DNA from: Balanoglossus misakiensis | Lineage: Eukaryota; Animalia; Hemichordata | NCBI GenBank assembly: GCA_040954595.2 | Contig: CM082583.2 | Span: 6,136,849-6,200,848 of the forward strand | Direction of reading: 5' to 3' | DNA length: 64,000 bases | Shown here: positions 13,601 through 64,000 of the stretch, piece by piece | How the letters are laid out: each line of letters begins with the position of its first letter | Numbering within the stretch: position 1 is the first letter of the stretch | Notes under the pieces: model-generated | What the model was told of the DNA's origin: nothing | Database searches by the model: none | The model's input: the letters and a program-made list of their open reading frames with translations, nothing else | Translations under genes and position numbers: made by a program

Positions 13601-15214
13601 CCCGCAAGCATGAACTCGACATCATTAAGCCCACTTCGTTTCGCATCATCGACACACTTTATTACGCACGTAAAATTAAGATACTCTCGCAGAAACTACA
13701 TCATACTTAACATTTTTTTAAAACCTCGCATATATAACAGTTTTCAGCTGCCGTGAGCATTTTATGGGCGTGATAGTAGTTAGATTATTTGGAAGCGGAG
13801 GACGATCACCTATGTCACTATGTTCAAAACTCTCCAAACTGGTTTCAAAATCGCCAAGTTTAAGTGTATCGCAAGGAGGGGCTTTTCGCCTGCGAAGCAG
13901 CGCAACTTCAAAATTTTCATTTTTGGGCACGCGACGTTACGTTAATGAGCAATGAAAACACGGCGAGGAAGCAGATGCGCGCAGATGGTCGCTATGACAA
14001 CATGCCACAAAACACTTCACTCCCAATATGCACTGGTGCCAAGACCGGGTAAACCGCAAGTCACGCTGTCTTTTACCATATGCCTTCGTAATTACTTTCG
14101 GAATCGTGATTATACTGACTGGCACTTGCGGGTTATACCACGCATGCACGGCGGCAGAATCGTGTCTTGTGTTGTGCTGTGTCGTCTGGAGCCAGCTGGG
14201 TTGCCACTGCGTTCCTTGAAACCGTCCAAATGTGAACGCGCTGAAGGAGATGCCAAAGGAGGACACGTATTGGGGCATCTCGAAACTGTTCCAAATACCG
14301 TCACGGAACCGGCGTTCCCTTTGATGACTTTTAGTGCACGCAGATATCTATAAATGTTACTGTTCGAGATGGTATATCCGTTACCTTAATGTGAATTAGG
14401 TTAGCTCCGTTCTTTCTGTTGGTTATGCAGGAAAGTTTAATTGAGAAAGTTCATCTCACAACTCGCCCCGCTTAACCGAAGGTCGTTTTAACAAATGTGT
14501 GCATACTGTTAACATAATTGTCTCTCAGAATTTAAAAGACTTTTTGGGATTGTTTTACATTCGCCGATCAAGTTGTTTATTCGCCGAAATTGTCGTTGCC
14601 AATAAATGGGGGTTCCTTGTTAAAGCCTTCAAGTTCAAATATACAAATTTCTGGCCTTGACTCTGTCCTCAGCCTTCCTTCGGAATTGCACAATTCTTAA
14701 GTTCGTCCGATAAGTACAGAAAGAAATAGCTCCATATACACATTGCGTCATTGCCGGGATCACCGACGTCTGGAACATCTGCACAGGGTAAAGTAGTTCT
14801 AAGCAAGCGTGTCCGGAAAGTCTTTCAACTGGATATTACAAAAACAGACATCGGGTTAATTGGAGACTATTTTCATCTCAGTGACAATGGTCACTTACTA
14901 GTAGACAATTCACATCATTGCTCTGCCGCTTAAAAAGTGGAGTTTAATCTTATTTGATATTTAAACACTTGCGGCTTTTGGGGTTGAAATTCGATAGCAG
15001 TATCATTGGAGATCAAATCGCAGGATTCCGTTGACCAAGATGTTCTATTTTAGGGGCTCCTTTTTAAACAGAAACATCTAAATTTCCATCAAGAGTAAGC
15101 GGGGAGAAGGAGCCATAACCGGCCCAGCTTATACTTGGATGCCAAACGTCATACCGTCGCATTAAGCTAAGATTACCGCCAAGTAATCAAATCATGGAGT
15201 TGACTAAGCATCTT

Positions 15215-15710
15215 ACGTCTTTAATGTGGCTGAGAAATTCCGTCTCGGCATGATAATCACGTTTGAGCGGTTAAGAAGTCGAGACATTTGCTTCACATCT
15301 TCAACTTTTGTTCCTTGCGTGACTCTGCTTCCGGAATACTCTGCAACGTTTTAATTGGCTGCCAATCTGATATATTACTCATATTCTCTTCAAGACGTGT
15401 TTCTCCACGTCTACATCATCGTATTCATTGAGCCAGCACTGCCTTGTCAAAACTTTCAAAGCGCCATAGTGTTTTGTAATGTTGGCATTTCAGCTGCAAA
15501 CTTTTTTTATGCCATAGCTAATGTATTGTGGTCTCCCAAGAGCCAGAAAATCCGGGCTTTTTTTTCTTTCAACACATAATGTTGACTTCAGTTCAGATTT
15601 TCATCGTTTTCTTTCGAATTTTGCTCGTCACACTGTGATATCCAACCACTTCTGCCATCAAAAGTGGACACGGATAACCGGAAAAGGCGAGTGTACTCTT
15701 GAAAATCTGT
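15215..15710 (-). mobile_element. Possible highly decayed Harbinger-like transposase relic
   Basis: Fragments FQEYTRLFRLSVSTFD, IFWLLGDHNT and NVI/SCRDG occur in the order expected for Harbinger transposases, but with many stops and frameshifts. Confidence 0.25.
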
Positions 15711-18700
15711 AATGAAGATGAAAAGACGAAGATAATTGAACAGCTGATGGTTCCATAAGATTAGAACCACCCATGAAAGCACAATCTTCAAACACATACT
15801 GAAATTTATATCAATCATGCTTTTTTCCTGCTAAGCCGGATCAGCTCTTGCAAGTGTGAAGCTTACCGTATTGCGCCACACAATCTATGCATTGTTATTA
15901 AACTTATTAAACCAATAATATAAAGAAAGCATTGCGAGTGTTTCAACAACTGGGAATTTGCCATCTGAGAACTCGGATTGCTATTCAGGCTAACTAATGC
16001 CAATTAAGCTATACTTGCAGTAACATACACCGATATATTGCTGTCTTTTAATAACAAAGTCCGAACACACACGCGCATATAAATTCCCCCATACCAAAGG
16101 ATTCATCATATTACAGCTTGCCTATCCGTTAACATTAAACCAACTTGACAGTGACTTGTCGGTTGCCAAATTTGTTCACTGTTCACACATCAAGTCAATT
16201 TCGCGGTCATTTTAATTAAACTACAAGTAATTACGCCTTCAAAATACATATCGACAACTTTTAATTTAATGTCGTGTTAGATTTATATTTTATCTCTTCC
16301 AATGCACTTGACGTGTGTGTTGCAGTCCGCTTTAGAACCAATATAATTACATACATGTACATGTAGGGTAATTTGAAATATGTGTATATTTAATATGCGT
16401 ATGTAAAAGCCACGTGACATTCACGCTGAAACTAGTTTACTGCCCCCAATTCCACTTAAGTGCTACATTTATGGATAATCACTACTTTCACTCTTTTCAG
16501 AACACCTGATGTCACTTTTTAGTCTTTCACAAAGAAATCCACAATCCTTGCTTCGTGAATATTACCCTGCTGGACTGTGCAATTAATTTTAAAAGTCGCG
16601 CTTTACAAACAGTGGAAATGAGATATATTCCAAGCTGACGAACCTTACCCTAACATTTTAACCACATTCTCCCCCCCCCCCCCCCACATTGACTGTCCTT
16701 TAAAATCTCCCTAACGGAGGTTTGGTATAATTTTTTTCGTGGTGTATACTATACGGGAGAGCGTTTTATTTCAGACACATCGATCTGTGAGTGTTATTGA
16801 TTTTTTTCCTCTTGAATGGACAACATATGCCCATCACAGCATCGGTCTCACGATGAGCACGTACTTAGCAATGGAGCCCCTCTTTAATCGCAGTTAGACT
16901 ATGCTTGACCTACATATTGGCAGGTCACGAGTCAATGGATCGAGCAAAATATCCTCGGAAGCACGGAGCCTGTTCACTCTCTGTCACAGAATAGTACATC
17001 CCTTTGGTAAAATTGTACCTCCAGTCTACGACGCGACGGTCAAATCTATATACTTGATTGCGTTCTTGTTTGCTGATCGTAGCAGATGTTCGCAGTATTG
17101 CGAGCAATTCCATCACTGTCCCATTACGTTTATTGAGATGCCGTCACACAATATAAATGTATGTATGTCATTTACTACTATCGTTTACGTGTAAATACAG
17201 GCTTCTGTTTTTTTTGCCGAAACACTAAACAGTGAAAATAACCAACTTGGTCTTTCAGCATCTCAATGTCCCTTGCCCTTTTAAGAATCACGATGCTTGT
17301 ACAAAAACCACTCGTTGAACACTTTAATTTCAAGATTACTACAAATGCATACAATTGTCAGAAAAATGTGTATCAAAGCATCACACGCGGTATTTTTGAC
17401 ATAAAAATCAAACGTGAGTACTTGTGCCTGGAAATTAATTAATCCAAGAGGAATTGGCAGCCATGTGGGGACAACTGTGACAAGCACATGTACGTATAAT
17501 CATATCCGCTGTCGAAATTGAAAATGTAGCATGTTCTTCGCGAAATGGAGTGTATATTAAAGAAAACAAACCTGCTGGTTCAATAGTTGATCTTACTGCG
17601 ATACTTATCGGGGACAATATTGCCAGACATCATATAGAGTGTTATTCGCACAGTATCCTTCGATACACAAAGAGAGACTTCGTTTTTTTTACTGCGTGGG
17701 CAGTATTAAAATGTTAAATGGGTCATTCAAGGTAGTACTTAGTTGTGGGAAGGTGTCGCGCTGGAGTCCGTTAGATTATTGGCACCACAGTGCTTCGGTT
17801 AAAGCGACAGGGGTCTTGCTGTTGTTGTCGTTTTATGCAAGATTCGATTTATTATTTAAGACGGCGGTGCTGTTACAGACACTGGGTTTTCAAAGCAGCA
17901 TTTCTCATCAACGTGGGAACCCCAACATACCGTACCTTATTTACAGAAAGGATCAGAACTTTACTCTGGTGCGGTGTTGCGGTGAGGCGTTGTGGTAAGT
18001 TTACTCGAAAACTAACCGGAAATTAATATGCTTTAGCGAGAAAGGTCAGTTTTGTATTTTACATGTAGTATTAAAATAATTTAAAGAGTTTATGTCGCTA
18101 AATGTTCATATCTAATGGAAAAGAATATTTTTGCTTTACCCACCCCGTTCTTCATTCACGAGATTTTAATGAATTGATAATACCACATTGAACCAAATTC
18201 AATTGGCGATTGTCCCCGCTGAGAGTAATTTATCGGAAAACAAAATATTCGTTTATAAAACATTATGTATGAAGACAATCTCCCTGTACTTACGACAAGG
18301 TCTTCCAATGACACCGCAGGTTTCATTTTCAAAGCGTTTTTCATGATAATTGGTTCTTCCTTGGTTTATTAATTACGAGCATATTTGTCTCGTTCGCACA
18401 GATCACTTGAATAAACAACAAGATCGGATCAAAAAATGTGTAACGCCTTGGGTTGATTCAGGAAATCGAAATGCCAAGCCAAATTACATGTTTGTGTGTT
18501 TTTTCTAAATAAAAGGAAAACATCAAATATTGATGTGCTAATTTGCATAACTAAGATAAAATAACTCTGGGCTAATAAATAGATACCCTCTCCCTCTCCT
18601 GCTTTAAAATGTCTCAACCTCTAAATCATGGTACTATTATCTACTATGTGACGTAGTACAAATGTAAATTTGCTTCTGTTACATGTTTATCGTGGGTGTA

Positions 18701-21700
18701 TTCGACAAGAGTTAGCTTACTGAACGACAGAAGATAAAATGTGTGACAGTGTAAATACATGTACCGAACACTTGAAAAAACGGCCTCGCCCTCGCGATGA
18801 AAATTGCTCCGAGTCGGCAAAACAGTAAACGGCAATTTGGTGTATACAGTACGTCTGTACACGTTTAAGCGAGGTATAAATGGAGTCTGAATAGATGGGT
18901 CAATTTGTTGCTGCTTGAATTATGCATTGCCAAGGGTGATAACCTACGTACGCGGTGAGTTCCCGAGACAAATTGTGGCTTACATTTTACGAGAGAGAGA
19001 GAGAGAGAAAACATTACGCATTTTCGAATCCGTTCTCGCGCGCCAGGAACAACGCATTAGTTTCACGTTGCAGGATGACCGAGTTATTCGACGTAGGGTT
19101 TCGTTTTCAAAACGTATTAGCTGGCGGAACACACCTGTACCGCTAGCCCTTAAGTGGCACTTAGTCGGCGTATGCGCGTGTCACAAACTCTTGCATGGGG
19201 TCAACCGAAAGGTCAACGACAAAATACCTCCTATCAGAAAGGCAGGCGTTAATTTTAATACGATCTTATCAATCAGCGAGAGTCGGTTGTAGTGACAGGT
19301 CTTCGATTACTGATAATTCCATTTAAGAAGGCGAACGCGTTACAGAGTCCATTTCTCCGTGTGCAGCTGGAATCCTACAAGAAAACTAATCACAGAAATG
19401 TAAAACGCAGATGTAATTGTACACAGGGCGATCGTGTGGCGCTTGTGTGTTGTGTGCTGATCAAATTAGCCTATATCATTCTGGTCTTGAAAATATACAC
19501 ATGCGGTTGAAACGATAGCAGCGACGCGATTATTTTACCCTGGCGTACTATAAAAACCGACGATCCAATATCGATGATAAAAGTGTTGTTTAATCCGGGG
19601 AGGGTAGGCGTATGCGATCACCTGTGCATATTTACCCACAGTGGTCGTGGAAAGTTGAGGTCTAGCTAGCCAATCACAGATTTTCTCGTGGTAGTCACGC
19701 GAAATATGTGCAACATGTAACATGGTTATTAAAATGCTTAGAGGCGGCCTTGTTTAAAAGTGGTTGTATTCCTTTAAATAAGTTTTATTTAGGTGTAATT
19801 CTCCTGTTTGCAAAATCTTCGAGATGAACATTGAATATTGATTAACAAATACAAATTGGGTTAATTATCTTTATTGAAAACGTCAATTCGATTAAATTCC
19901 GTCTAAATACTTTGCGCATACAAAACATGAAAACTTTTGAAGTTTCAAATGTCCAAACGTATAAATTCAATGTTCGGAGTGTGCCAGGTTTTTTTCTGGG
20001 TCTATAATAATCGTCGCAATCTGCGTTTGAGACAAAAAAACCTACATAGTGTAGGATTTGCGGTGATAAGATCCTCTCTCGCAAACGAATCGTGAAATTC
20101 GCCGAATCACTTTGAAAGGCGCCGAGACGATGGAGAGTGTGTGTGTGTAAATTCGGTTGGTCATTATCAATTTGATCAATTGCCTCTACCGCTCTTATCT
20201 CCCCGCTGCAAAGTGCTGCAACGCTTTAGGAATTGTCTCACCCACCCATTTCATCGTCTTAGTCCGCCTCAGTGGCGAAATCATAGCCGAGAAACTCGCA
20301 GTGCGCACAAAGCGAGTGTGCGAAATCCAATAAGGACAGCATGAACTTATTACAGTCAATCTCGTCGATGATTGAACTAAAAGCGGTGACGAAAGGTTCA
20401 CCCACACACGTCACCACAGAAGCGACACGGCAAGTTCGAACGAATCGACGACAGAGCGGACACGCGAGCTGATTCTTGAATTGAACACTTCCCTTATTTA
20501 ATTATAAATATGCCTCTCATATTATATATCAGACGAACAAACAACAAAATATAGTTAACTGTCGATAATATCGAGAAGCAATTTGACCCCTTAGGTGCAT
20601 GACCGATTGCAAGTGCCAGTTTTGCTTTCGCTGAAGGAATCGTTCAACACATTAATTTAAGTATACGAGTGTGTAATGTAAGGAAATCTTGCCAACAGAG
20701 CTGAATCATGGCATATATTCAGGCTATTTTGCGTTCTTTTCTGGGTTTATTCGGTTTATTCACAGTTTGAGAATCTAGACAAAAATGAAACATAACTGTA
20801 AGTGCGCCATCAATGAACAGTTTTTCAATTACTATAGTATGTATGAAATTGTACTGAATAGTTTCACCACAAGTGCATCTATATCTTCTTAACACCGATA
20901 TATAATCTAGGACAGGGTGGAAAATCACGTGACATAAACTCTTAAATGCGTGCGAAGATAAATATCGGCCTACCTACATTTGTAATCTACTGTAGTCTCA
21001 AACAAACAAATTCCCAACTTAGAAGTTTGAAAAGCTTTACGCTAGAAAGACGCAGCTGGAATTTCGGATCTGTGATAGGGGTTAAGCCGTCGGCGCTGCT
21101 AGGCATACATTATTGACTTGTGCTGCGGCTAATTTTGATAGACGGCGTTTGTAGGTGGCCCTCGCATTTACCTTTTGTGGTCGTGTGTCATATGCGCATG
21201 TGCGTTACTGCTGGACACAGGGCTGCAAGTGCTGCCATTCTTTTACGCCCCTACGGCAAGTTGCAGAAAGTTTGTGGCCGCCATGATGACACCAACGCTG
21301 CACTTTCTGTCGGAGTCGACGACATCTTGTATCCTCGCGATATTAAACTTGACCTGCAGTTTCATTCCCAAAAAGCTTCCGTTAGAGCTCCATCTAGGCT
21401 GACCGCATCATCAAAGACCCCTTTACGAATCATTTCGCATACAGCGCATAAGCAAACCAGGCCTCGGGTCACGAAAGTAGTTTAAAGCACAAGTCATCAT
21501 CTTGGTGACTTTTCCGCGAGGAGATTGCGTTGGTTCATGGCATTTATGCAGGGGGCAAAAACAATGCCCAACCTTTCAATCACCGGTGTTTGAGTGCGCC
21601 TACGCGTCTATTTTGTATTCGCCGGGCGACCGAGGGCTATTCAAGCGTGAAGTTTTCGCCCATTATCATTGCGGTCCCATGATTTCCATCATTTAGATTG

Positions 21701-24612
21701 CGTTATATTCCAAGCGTACTTTACCTTGGGGGGTCATGTTCAGATCACCAGTGGGTCTCTAGTGTGCGCACCAATAGAGTCATGTGCGCCAATAACAGAG
21801 TCCGGAAATGAATCACCCGTCATACCCGAGAAAAAAGATAATCGACGTCGTGTTCATATTTTTGTCGAAGCTCTTGTTCCTTCGAGGCCGAGAGTCTATT
21901 TCGGAGACATGAGAGTGTACCCCAACCCCCGCCACCCCTGCGAAACATCGCTGAGGTCGACAGATGATGTAATCCATCAAGAGCGACCCCGACACAAATG
22001 TATTCATCGTATAGAAACATTAGAAACCTAACAGTCCAAGACGCTCAAGGCGTTCACCGACCCATGCCGCACAGGCACCCACGGCAAGATCAAAATAAAC
22101 GGCGAAAAAAAAATTGCCTTCCAAAATTAATCCCATGCAAAACGGCCCCAAGGTAATAATGAAAGGTCGAAGTATACTCTGCTTGAAACTGTAATTGGAT
22201 TCAACAAAACCGTGATGGGAAATTGCTGTCAATGATTATTGGCTGTTTGTGTAAGTGGTCATCTTTAATCAGCATATCTCTTCCTGATTGCGATAAGCCA
22301 TGATGGCCGACGTTTAAACGTGGCGGAACAAATCATTCGCGTTCCTATGCGGCGCCATTTTGATTTTAGCCGCTCTGTTTCTCTGGAAACTACTTTTTGC
22401 CCGCCTGCAAGTGCCTCGTTTTGCATAGATTTGCGTAATTATATAACTTATGAACTGCTTTAATTATTTTCGAAAATTGTTAAACCACGTTATGCAAACA
22501 TGTACTATATGCACATGTGACGAGTCGAGACAATTAATTTCCAGAGGAGTTTTTATTTTTATTTTATTTATATGCACGTTTCGTCCTTTTCACTGATTTG
22601 TTCACAGAACAGCCGAGCCCAACACGAAGCGACGTTCCAATTCCATTTACCAACCCAAATCATTTACGCGAAGCACGCCGTCGGGGGTTTTATGTAATAC
22701 CAAATTGCTCGGTGCTCCGTGAAAGTGTTCTCTCTGAGAGAAACGTCGAGGGGGGTTCCCCGACAGCGTCCGCATTAGTGTTCGGGTCACGTTCCGAACT
22801 AGCTGCAGGTCGACGCAATGCAATTATCCACAGCGAGAAGATTGCGCGGATACCCGCTGTACAACTTAGTGCACTGCGGTGTGTATTATATATTTTTGGA
22901 AAATGTGTTTTTCTTTTATTTAATCAACAGCAACATGACCACATTAATATCGATATCTTGAAGGGAAAGAGAGCGAGTTTCTGTTTTCTGGGAACAAACA
23001 CTGCGTAACATCAAACAGCTCTTAGGGGAGAACCATTTGATTTATGAGGGGAGGGAGGATTTGAGTATGTCAGCAAATTCTTTTTTTCTGCCACTGTTAC
23101 AGCATTTTTTATTCTATTACCAGTCCACCTTTTTCCCTCAAGGTATTGCACTGAGAAGAGTTTTTTCCTCCGCACCATCTGCCCGTGTCAACATTTTTTC
23201 TCCAACAATCCTACATCTACCCTCCCCTCCGCCAGAAATCAAATGGTTCTCCTTTAAGAAGAGACGGCTGGTAATCTAAACACCGCTAATATCCCCGAGA
23301 CATATCGGGTCGTAATTTTGCGCATTTCTTGAAAACTTTCCGGTGATAATCTGGCGACGGATTCCCCGAGCTTGTACACTAATTTCACCTCGTTAAAAGT
23401 CTCTCAGTCCGATGTTGTTGTTTTTTACCTGAACGGATTCTACTCTGATGCAACGTGCAGAGCCACTGACATTTTATGTTGAACGGGTGTCTACGGGGAA
23501 CTGCAGCTTGCACCGGCTGCCGCGCCGTTGTGAGGGCGAAACGATTCCTCCCAGATCCATTTCAAACTTCGTCGTTGGGCTGCTAAATTCTCCCGACAGA
23601 CATGCGAAACTGACACACTCCCGATCGATCAGTCCCGATATTGCAGGTCGCCAGTGATAATGACATTAACACGCGAGATCGACCTTGCATTATCCCGATT
23701 ACAACGGCAGGTCTCGGGGGTCTGTTTTGTCCTGAGCTCTGTCTCACCGTTCAGCTGGTTTTTGTGCGGCGGAATATGATGTCATACTTCATTAACACCA
23801 ACCCGTGTAATCAAATTATCACCTACACCTTTCATTGTGGACCGACGTCAATATTATTTCCTGCTCGATGCTGTCTTCTGTCCCTACTTTAGTCGACATC
23901 GGTCAATGCTCGAACACTCTTGTAAATACTCTTTTACACGCTTTATTGATTGCCACGGGTATATATTGGCCTAGTTAAGTGGCCCGGTTTGACATTACTT
24001 GCCAAAAAAACGAGGGCGGATGAGATAGCGGCTAATGCCGCGGCCCTATAAAATAATGGCCATTATCCGCTTACAGCTGTTCATCAGATATGTAACGATT
24101 CGCTGCAAACGGACCGAAATGCTAAGTGGGGGTCTCGCTGCCTTTAGATGCACCTCCGGGCCTCGAGGATACCGCCAGCTTTTTTGTCAAGACCTGAATT
24201 ATCAGTGCAAATGAAGTTACTCTGTGCGCGCTGATATATCAGTCGTTCCCGCGGTTTCTCCAGTTGCAGCCAAATTTCAAAGGGAGATATGGCAAATGAA
24301 AATGACAGAGGGTGAGTGGCCGAATTACTTGACTGATCATTATCGCAATATACTTATACAAGTTTTGAGAAATCACGCGAGTATTCATCATCAAGGTCCT
24401 TGCGGCTGTAGGCCCTATGCCGTACGTATTACACTACGCGTCATCCATCAACTCCATGGAAACATCTCGAACTGGTGATGGCGCTATCATCGTTCCTGCT
24501 GCAATTTTAACACGAAAACTCTGGTAAAATAACACCATTTGCATAAGAAAAGCTTTGCCCGAACCAATGTGAATACGCGTAACAGCATTCCAACAGGTGT
24601 GAAGGATACTTA

Positions 24613-24887
24613 TTTATTTCATTACAATAAAAACTTTAGTCACTTCTGGTCGAAGATCTGCCATCTGAGTAAGCTATTTACAGTAATGTTTACAAAATCA
24701 GAGATATCTTTGGTCATTGAATAAGGCAACATCACATGTACATGTATAGAAACATCTCTGTTGGTATGTATTCATGTACATTTACCCGATTAATTATAAT
24801 ACTCTCAAGCTTTTATGTATGTAGTGGACACGAAAATCAAACGCCCTGCTCTGGGTAGGTCAATGCGCGGTAAGGATTTCATTTATT
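24613..24887 (-). terminator. Candidate polyadenylation signals of the MAM-EGF-ShKT gene
   Basis: AATAAA on the minus strand at 24882-24887 and 24613-24618, downstream of the stop in AT-rich sequence. Which one is used is unknown. Confidence 0.35.
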
Positions 24888-25045
24888 CTTCATATTTGTC
24901 TGGTTGGTGGTCACGTGGTTGATGATGGTTGATGAAGAGACGGGAACACGTGTAGAGTAGATTTAAAAGCATGTGGTCAAAAAATCACAAATATTTGTGT
25001 GAAATATAGAAATATATAGTATGTATGTATGCCATGTGATAATTA

Positions 25046-60786
<35,741 letters not shown>

Positions 60787-60866
60787 TTCCAAGTTGTTTT
60801 GGATGGGCAGCAGCGCACGCAGAGGGAGACTATCCGCGAGCAGTGTAGTCGACAAAATGAGAAGAA

Positions 60867-60903
60867 AACTGATGAATGAAGAAGTTACCTCAGGAAGTTT
60901 ATG
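60867..60903 (-). promoter_or_regulatory. Candidate core promoter (TATA-like CATAAA plus initiator TCAGTT)
   Basis: Minus-strand TCAGTT at 60872-60867 with CATAAA about 28-33 nt upstream, an ETS-like CAGGAAGT beside it, and a pyrimidine-rich leader of ~84 nt to the ATG. Confidence 0.4.
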
Positions 60904-63359
60904 GCATAATGGGGAAGGAGAGCGCGAGATAACAGGGCCACTGAGGAAATGTGTCAGCCATGATAAGTCGTTGGGAAATCGAGCCAAAGGACCAAAATAG
61001 GTACAGAGGAAGCCTCCTCGCGCTTGCAGCGGCCCTTCGCGTCACTTTTAATCCGTTTCATTTTCAGGGTTTTCTTAGTACGCGGTCCAATATTCTGTGC
61101 CAGTGAAACAATTATTTTGCTGTAGACGGGCATACAAGATAACGGTGATAAAGATCTGCCCTTGTTCTGTATGTTCGAAATTGAACGTTTTTAAAACTCA
61201 CGGGGAAAAGCTGGCTGAACTTGGCGGGCGTGTAAAGATGGTTATCAAGGGAAAGGGCTAGAATTTGAAACAGACACATTCAATCCACTGTTCACTACAA
61301 ACGGGGCTCGATAGCTCCCTTACAGAATGAATAAGTGTGCGGTTTCAACGGATAGTGCCAGTATGTTAATACCTCCTTGACTAGTTTTCATCACACACAC
61401 AACATTGCGTCAAAGCGTACGTGTGTGTGACGTTTAAAGACATCTCGTTCATTATACTATACCAATTATCAACGAAATCATCATATTGATCATTTCCAAT
61501 TGAGCTAATTAACAGTAAGTTAGCTCTATTTTAAATTTATATATTGGTACTAGGAATTCGAGCGCTTTTTTCTATTCTCAGAAATTAACATGGTGCCCCT
61601 TATTTTATTAGTCTCTAAATTTTAGGAAAATGTGTTTAGTTTCTTCGTCCAAAGTGCGAAAATTGTTTTGTCACCATTACGTGAACCAAACCCGAATGCC
61701 CATAATATATGAGCTGTCATGAAAGCTGCGGATACAATACTGTACACAGTGAAATGTTGTTTATTCCAAATTCGAAGTGTAGGATGCAAATTGAAAAGGA
61801 TTGTTTAATACTGAGATGTAGATCTATTAATACGGTCGTGTGGTTAAAAACCGTTGAGCGACTAACTATGGTATTGAAGGGTTTATCTGAGGGTTGGATG
61901 CCATGTCTTAGTGTAGGGCGGAAAATGAACCCTTGAAATAAGCCTTCAAGTTAAGATAAGACTACAATCATCAGGGGGGGGAACACGACTTATTTGTATT
62001 CAGCAGAAAAAAATCCGAAGATGCACAGCTGCCTGACACTGTTGTTACGTGTATTGTAAAAGGCTGAATTGCGACTCAACGGAAAGAAGTGCGCATCGCT
62101 GCGGAGTGTGGGAGATGAAGGACCGCGGCCGGTAAAACCGCTGTTTACTCCGGGAAATCTCATTGTACCTGTAAGTGGCAGATGTTGGGACTTATTAGGA
62201 TTATTATTACTGTCTAGATGCAATTTGAGAGGTGTTTGGCGAGAGCCGCGGCGGATCCGGTGCGAGTTGTGACCGCTAATGCGTCGCTCAATGAGAGAGT
62301 ATCGATTTGTGTTTGGGGAAATTGCCAGTGAGAAATAGCCGGCTAATGCAGTTACCGTTACTCGTCAATTAATCCCTTCACACTCTTCAAGCTCGGTGTA
62401 TTGAGACTGCTGTGTGGAAGTAATCATTTTTGAATATAACTATGTTCTCGTTATCCTCGTCCTAGGCACGTTCTTTATCAATGGAGACAAATATTTGCAG
62501 CCGCGTTTGCAGTCCGTCTGGCACAAAGCAATTGAGACCGCCTCCTATCTAACTGCGGCGTTTCAAAACATTGAAAAATAATTTCGAACGGGCGTGGCGA
62601 TTAAAGAAAGCGCGAGATTACTCTACCTTTTAATTTGCGAATCGTAAAAGCACACCAGATTTTATCCTCCTGCTACAGAACAGTTTTATCTATAATTGGA
62701 ATTTTCACGTATCATATTGGTACCACTTTAGGTCGACAATTCGAATGTTGTATAGTATTCGGATAAGGAGAACGTTGCGTAGATAAAAATGGATGTGAAC
62801 GCGTTATAATGTATCGAGGTGATTGTTTTACACATGCGTGTTAATCTACGGTCCCCAACAAATATTTTGCGGTAATTTATGATGTCCTTTCGAGATGTGT
62901 GCAGAAGTGAGGTGGGACTCCGGCCATCGGCGACCACTGGCCACATCCAAGTTGACAGGATTTGAAACTCCCGAGGAAAACAATATCGCACTTTTTTAAG
63001 TGCACTTCCATGTTTGACCTATGCGCAGAGGCTCTTTTCGATTGTGGGAGTCACTGATCAGATTTTGAAGAAAGGGGGAATCGTAAGTAGCTAATAAAAT
63101 GCGTCAGTCTTGCGGTTGTGTAGATTGGGAGAGTGTTACAGGAAATGGCGCCGTTTTATGTGATCGTTGACAAATCTGTGTGCAGCTACACACCTACAAG
63201 GTCAAGGACTGCAACTAATTAAATGAACAACTCTCGGGGAACAAAAACATACAGCAAAAATAAAGAAATCTGACAGATGAAGCCCAGGAATATGGGAGGT
63301 AATTAATTTTCACCCACTTCTGTCCCTGGGCCATCAAAAATCGACGGTACGCCATCAAT

Positions 63360-63554
63360 ATGCAAATTACCTAAAAGTAGTCGTACTTGAAAGCTTCCGG
63401 TGAAAGCATTTTCATGCGCAGCGAGTAATTCTGGCGCGACGTGAATAATGTTCGGTTGCCGTAATGTTGTAGGTGACCTTTCCAGTAGTTCCGAGATTCA
63501 AGTACAACAAAACGACAAAACGGATGTGACGTCAGACGACCTGAAATCGGAAGT
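63360..63554. promoter_or_regulatory. Motif cluster: octamer, CRE, ETS
   Basis: ATGCAAAT 63360-63367, TGACGTCA 63527-63534 and CGGAAGT 63548-63554, about 2.6 kb upstream of exon 1. Motif match only. Confidence 0.25.
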
Positions 63555-64000
63555 CACGCGTGCAGCAAATGCAGTTTGTGGCACATCCTCAATAAATTGC
63601 GCACGCAAAATGTGTCTTCCAGGAGTAATTGTGAAAGATCTATATATTTATTGAGAGAGGTCGCAGCACACATAGCATAAAACGTACGCTTTAATTAGGT
63701 CTAAACTCGTCGAAATCATAGCGCACGCAAATCTGTCAACCTCGTTTGGTATACATGTAGTCTTGCCATCGGTGTCGACACAGTCAACACACACATTATT
63801 CAATTGACTTGAAAGAGATCGAGTTTGTCGTAAAGCCCAGGTGCGTTCGAACCGTTGGGCAACAGAATGTGCTCAATTAATCAGACTATTGCAAACTAAA
63901 ATATACATATATTCATTCTTGTTTTCCCACTGATGAAAACGAACGAGAGTGTCGTGTATAACGAGCGCATGTAGTCTGTCCGACCACACAATGCCGGACT

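Noticed and set aside
22230-22365. YY1-like (CGCCATTTT) and CCAAT motifs as a promoter
   Set aside because: Short motifs with no linked exon identifiable from sequence alone.

Overview
Eukaryotic, intron-rich DNA of roughly 40% GC, probably from a marine invertebrate (a deuterostome such as a hemichordate, echinoderm or amphioxus is plausible but inferred). One complete gene lies on the minus strand (60786 to 25046). I reconstructed 20 coding exons by hand, all GT-AG and phase-consistent, 3267 nt, about 1088 aa. It encodes a type-I membrane protein: signal peptide, 2 MAM, 2 EGF, 2 ShKT, 8 calcium-binding EGF, a Ser/Thr-rich stalk with an acidic Tyr cluster, a TM helix and a 51-aa tail. Its 17.2-kb intron 9 is mostly a ~15.2-kb array of ~172 copies of an 88-bp satellite. 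The array is bracketed by (TATG)n, ends in a fold-back hairpin and shows multi-monomer duplications, resembling a Helentron/DINE-1-like element with an expanded core. The first 25 kb is largely non-coding, with a decayed LINE reverse transcriptase split into inverted halves, MITE-like relics and microsatellites. The most unusual window-wide signal is the palindrome TACATGTA at about 22 loci. One satellite monomer shows it arising by insertion of CATGTA at a TA, consistent with a recurrent transposon-excision or repair scar.
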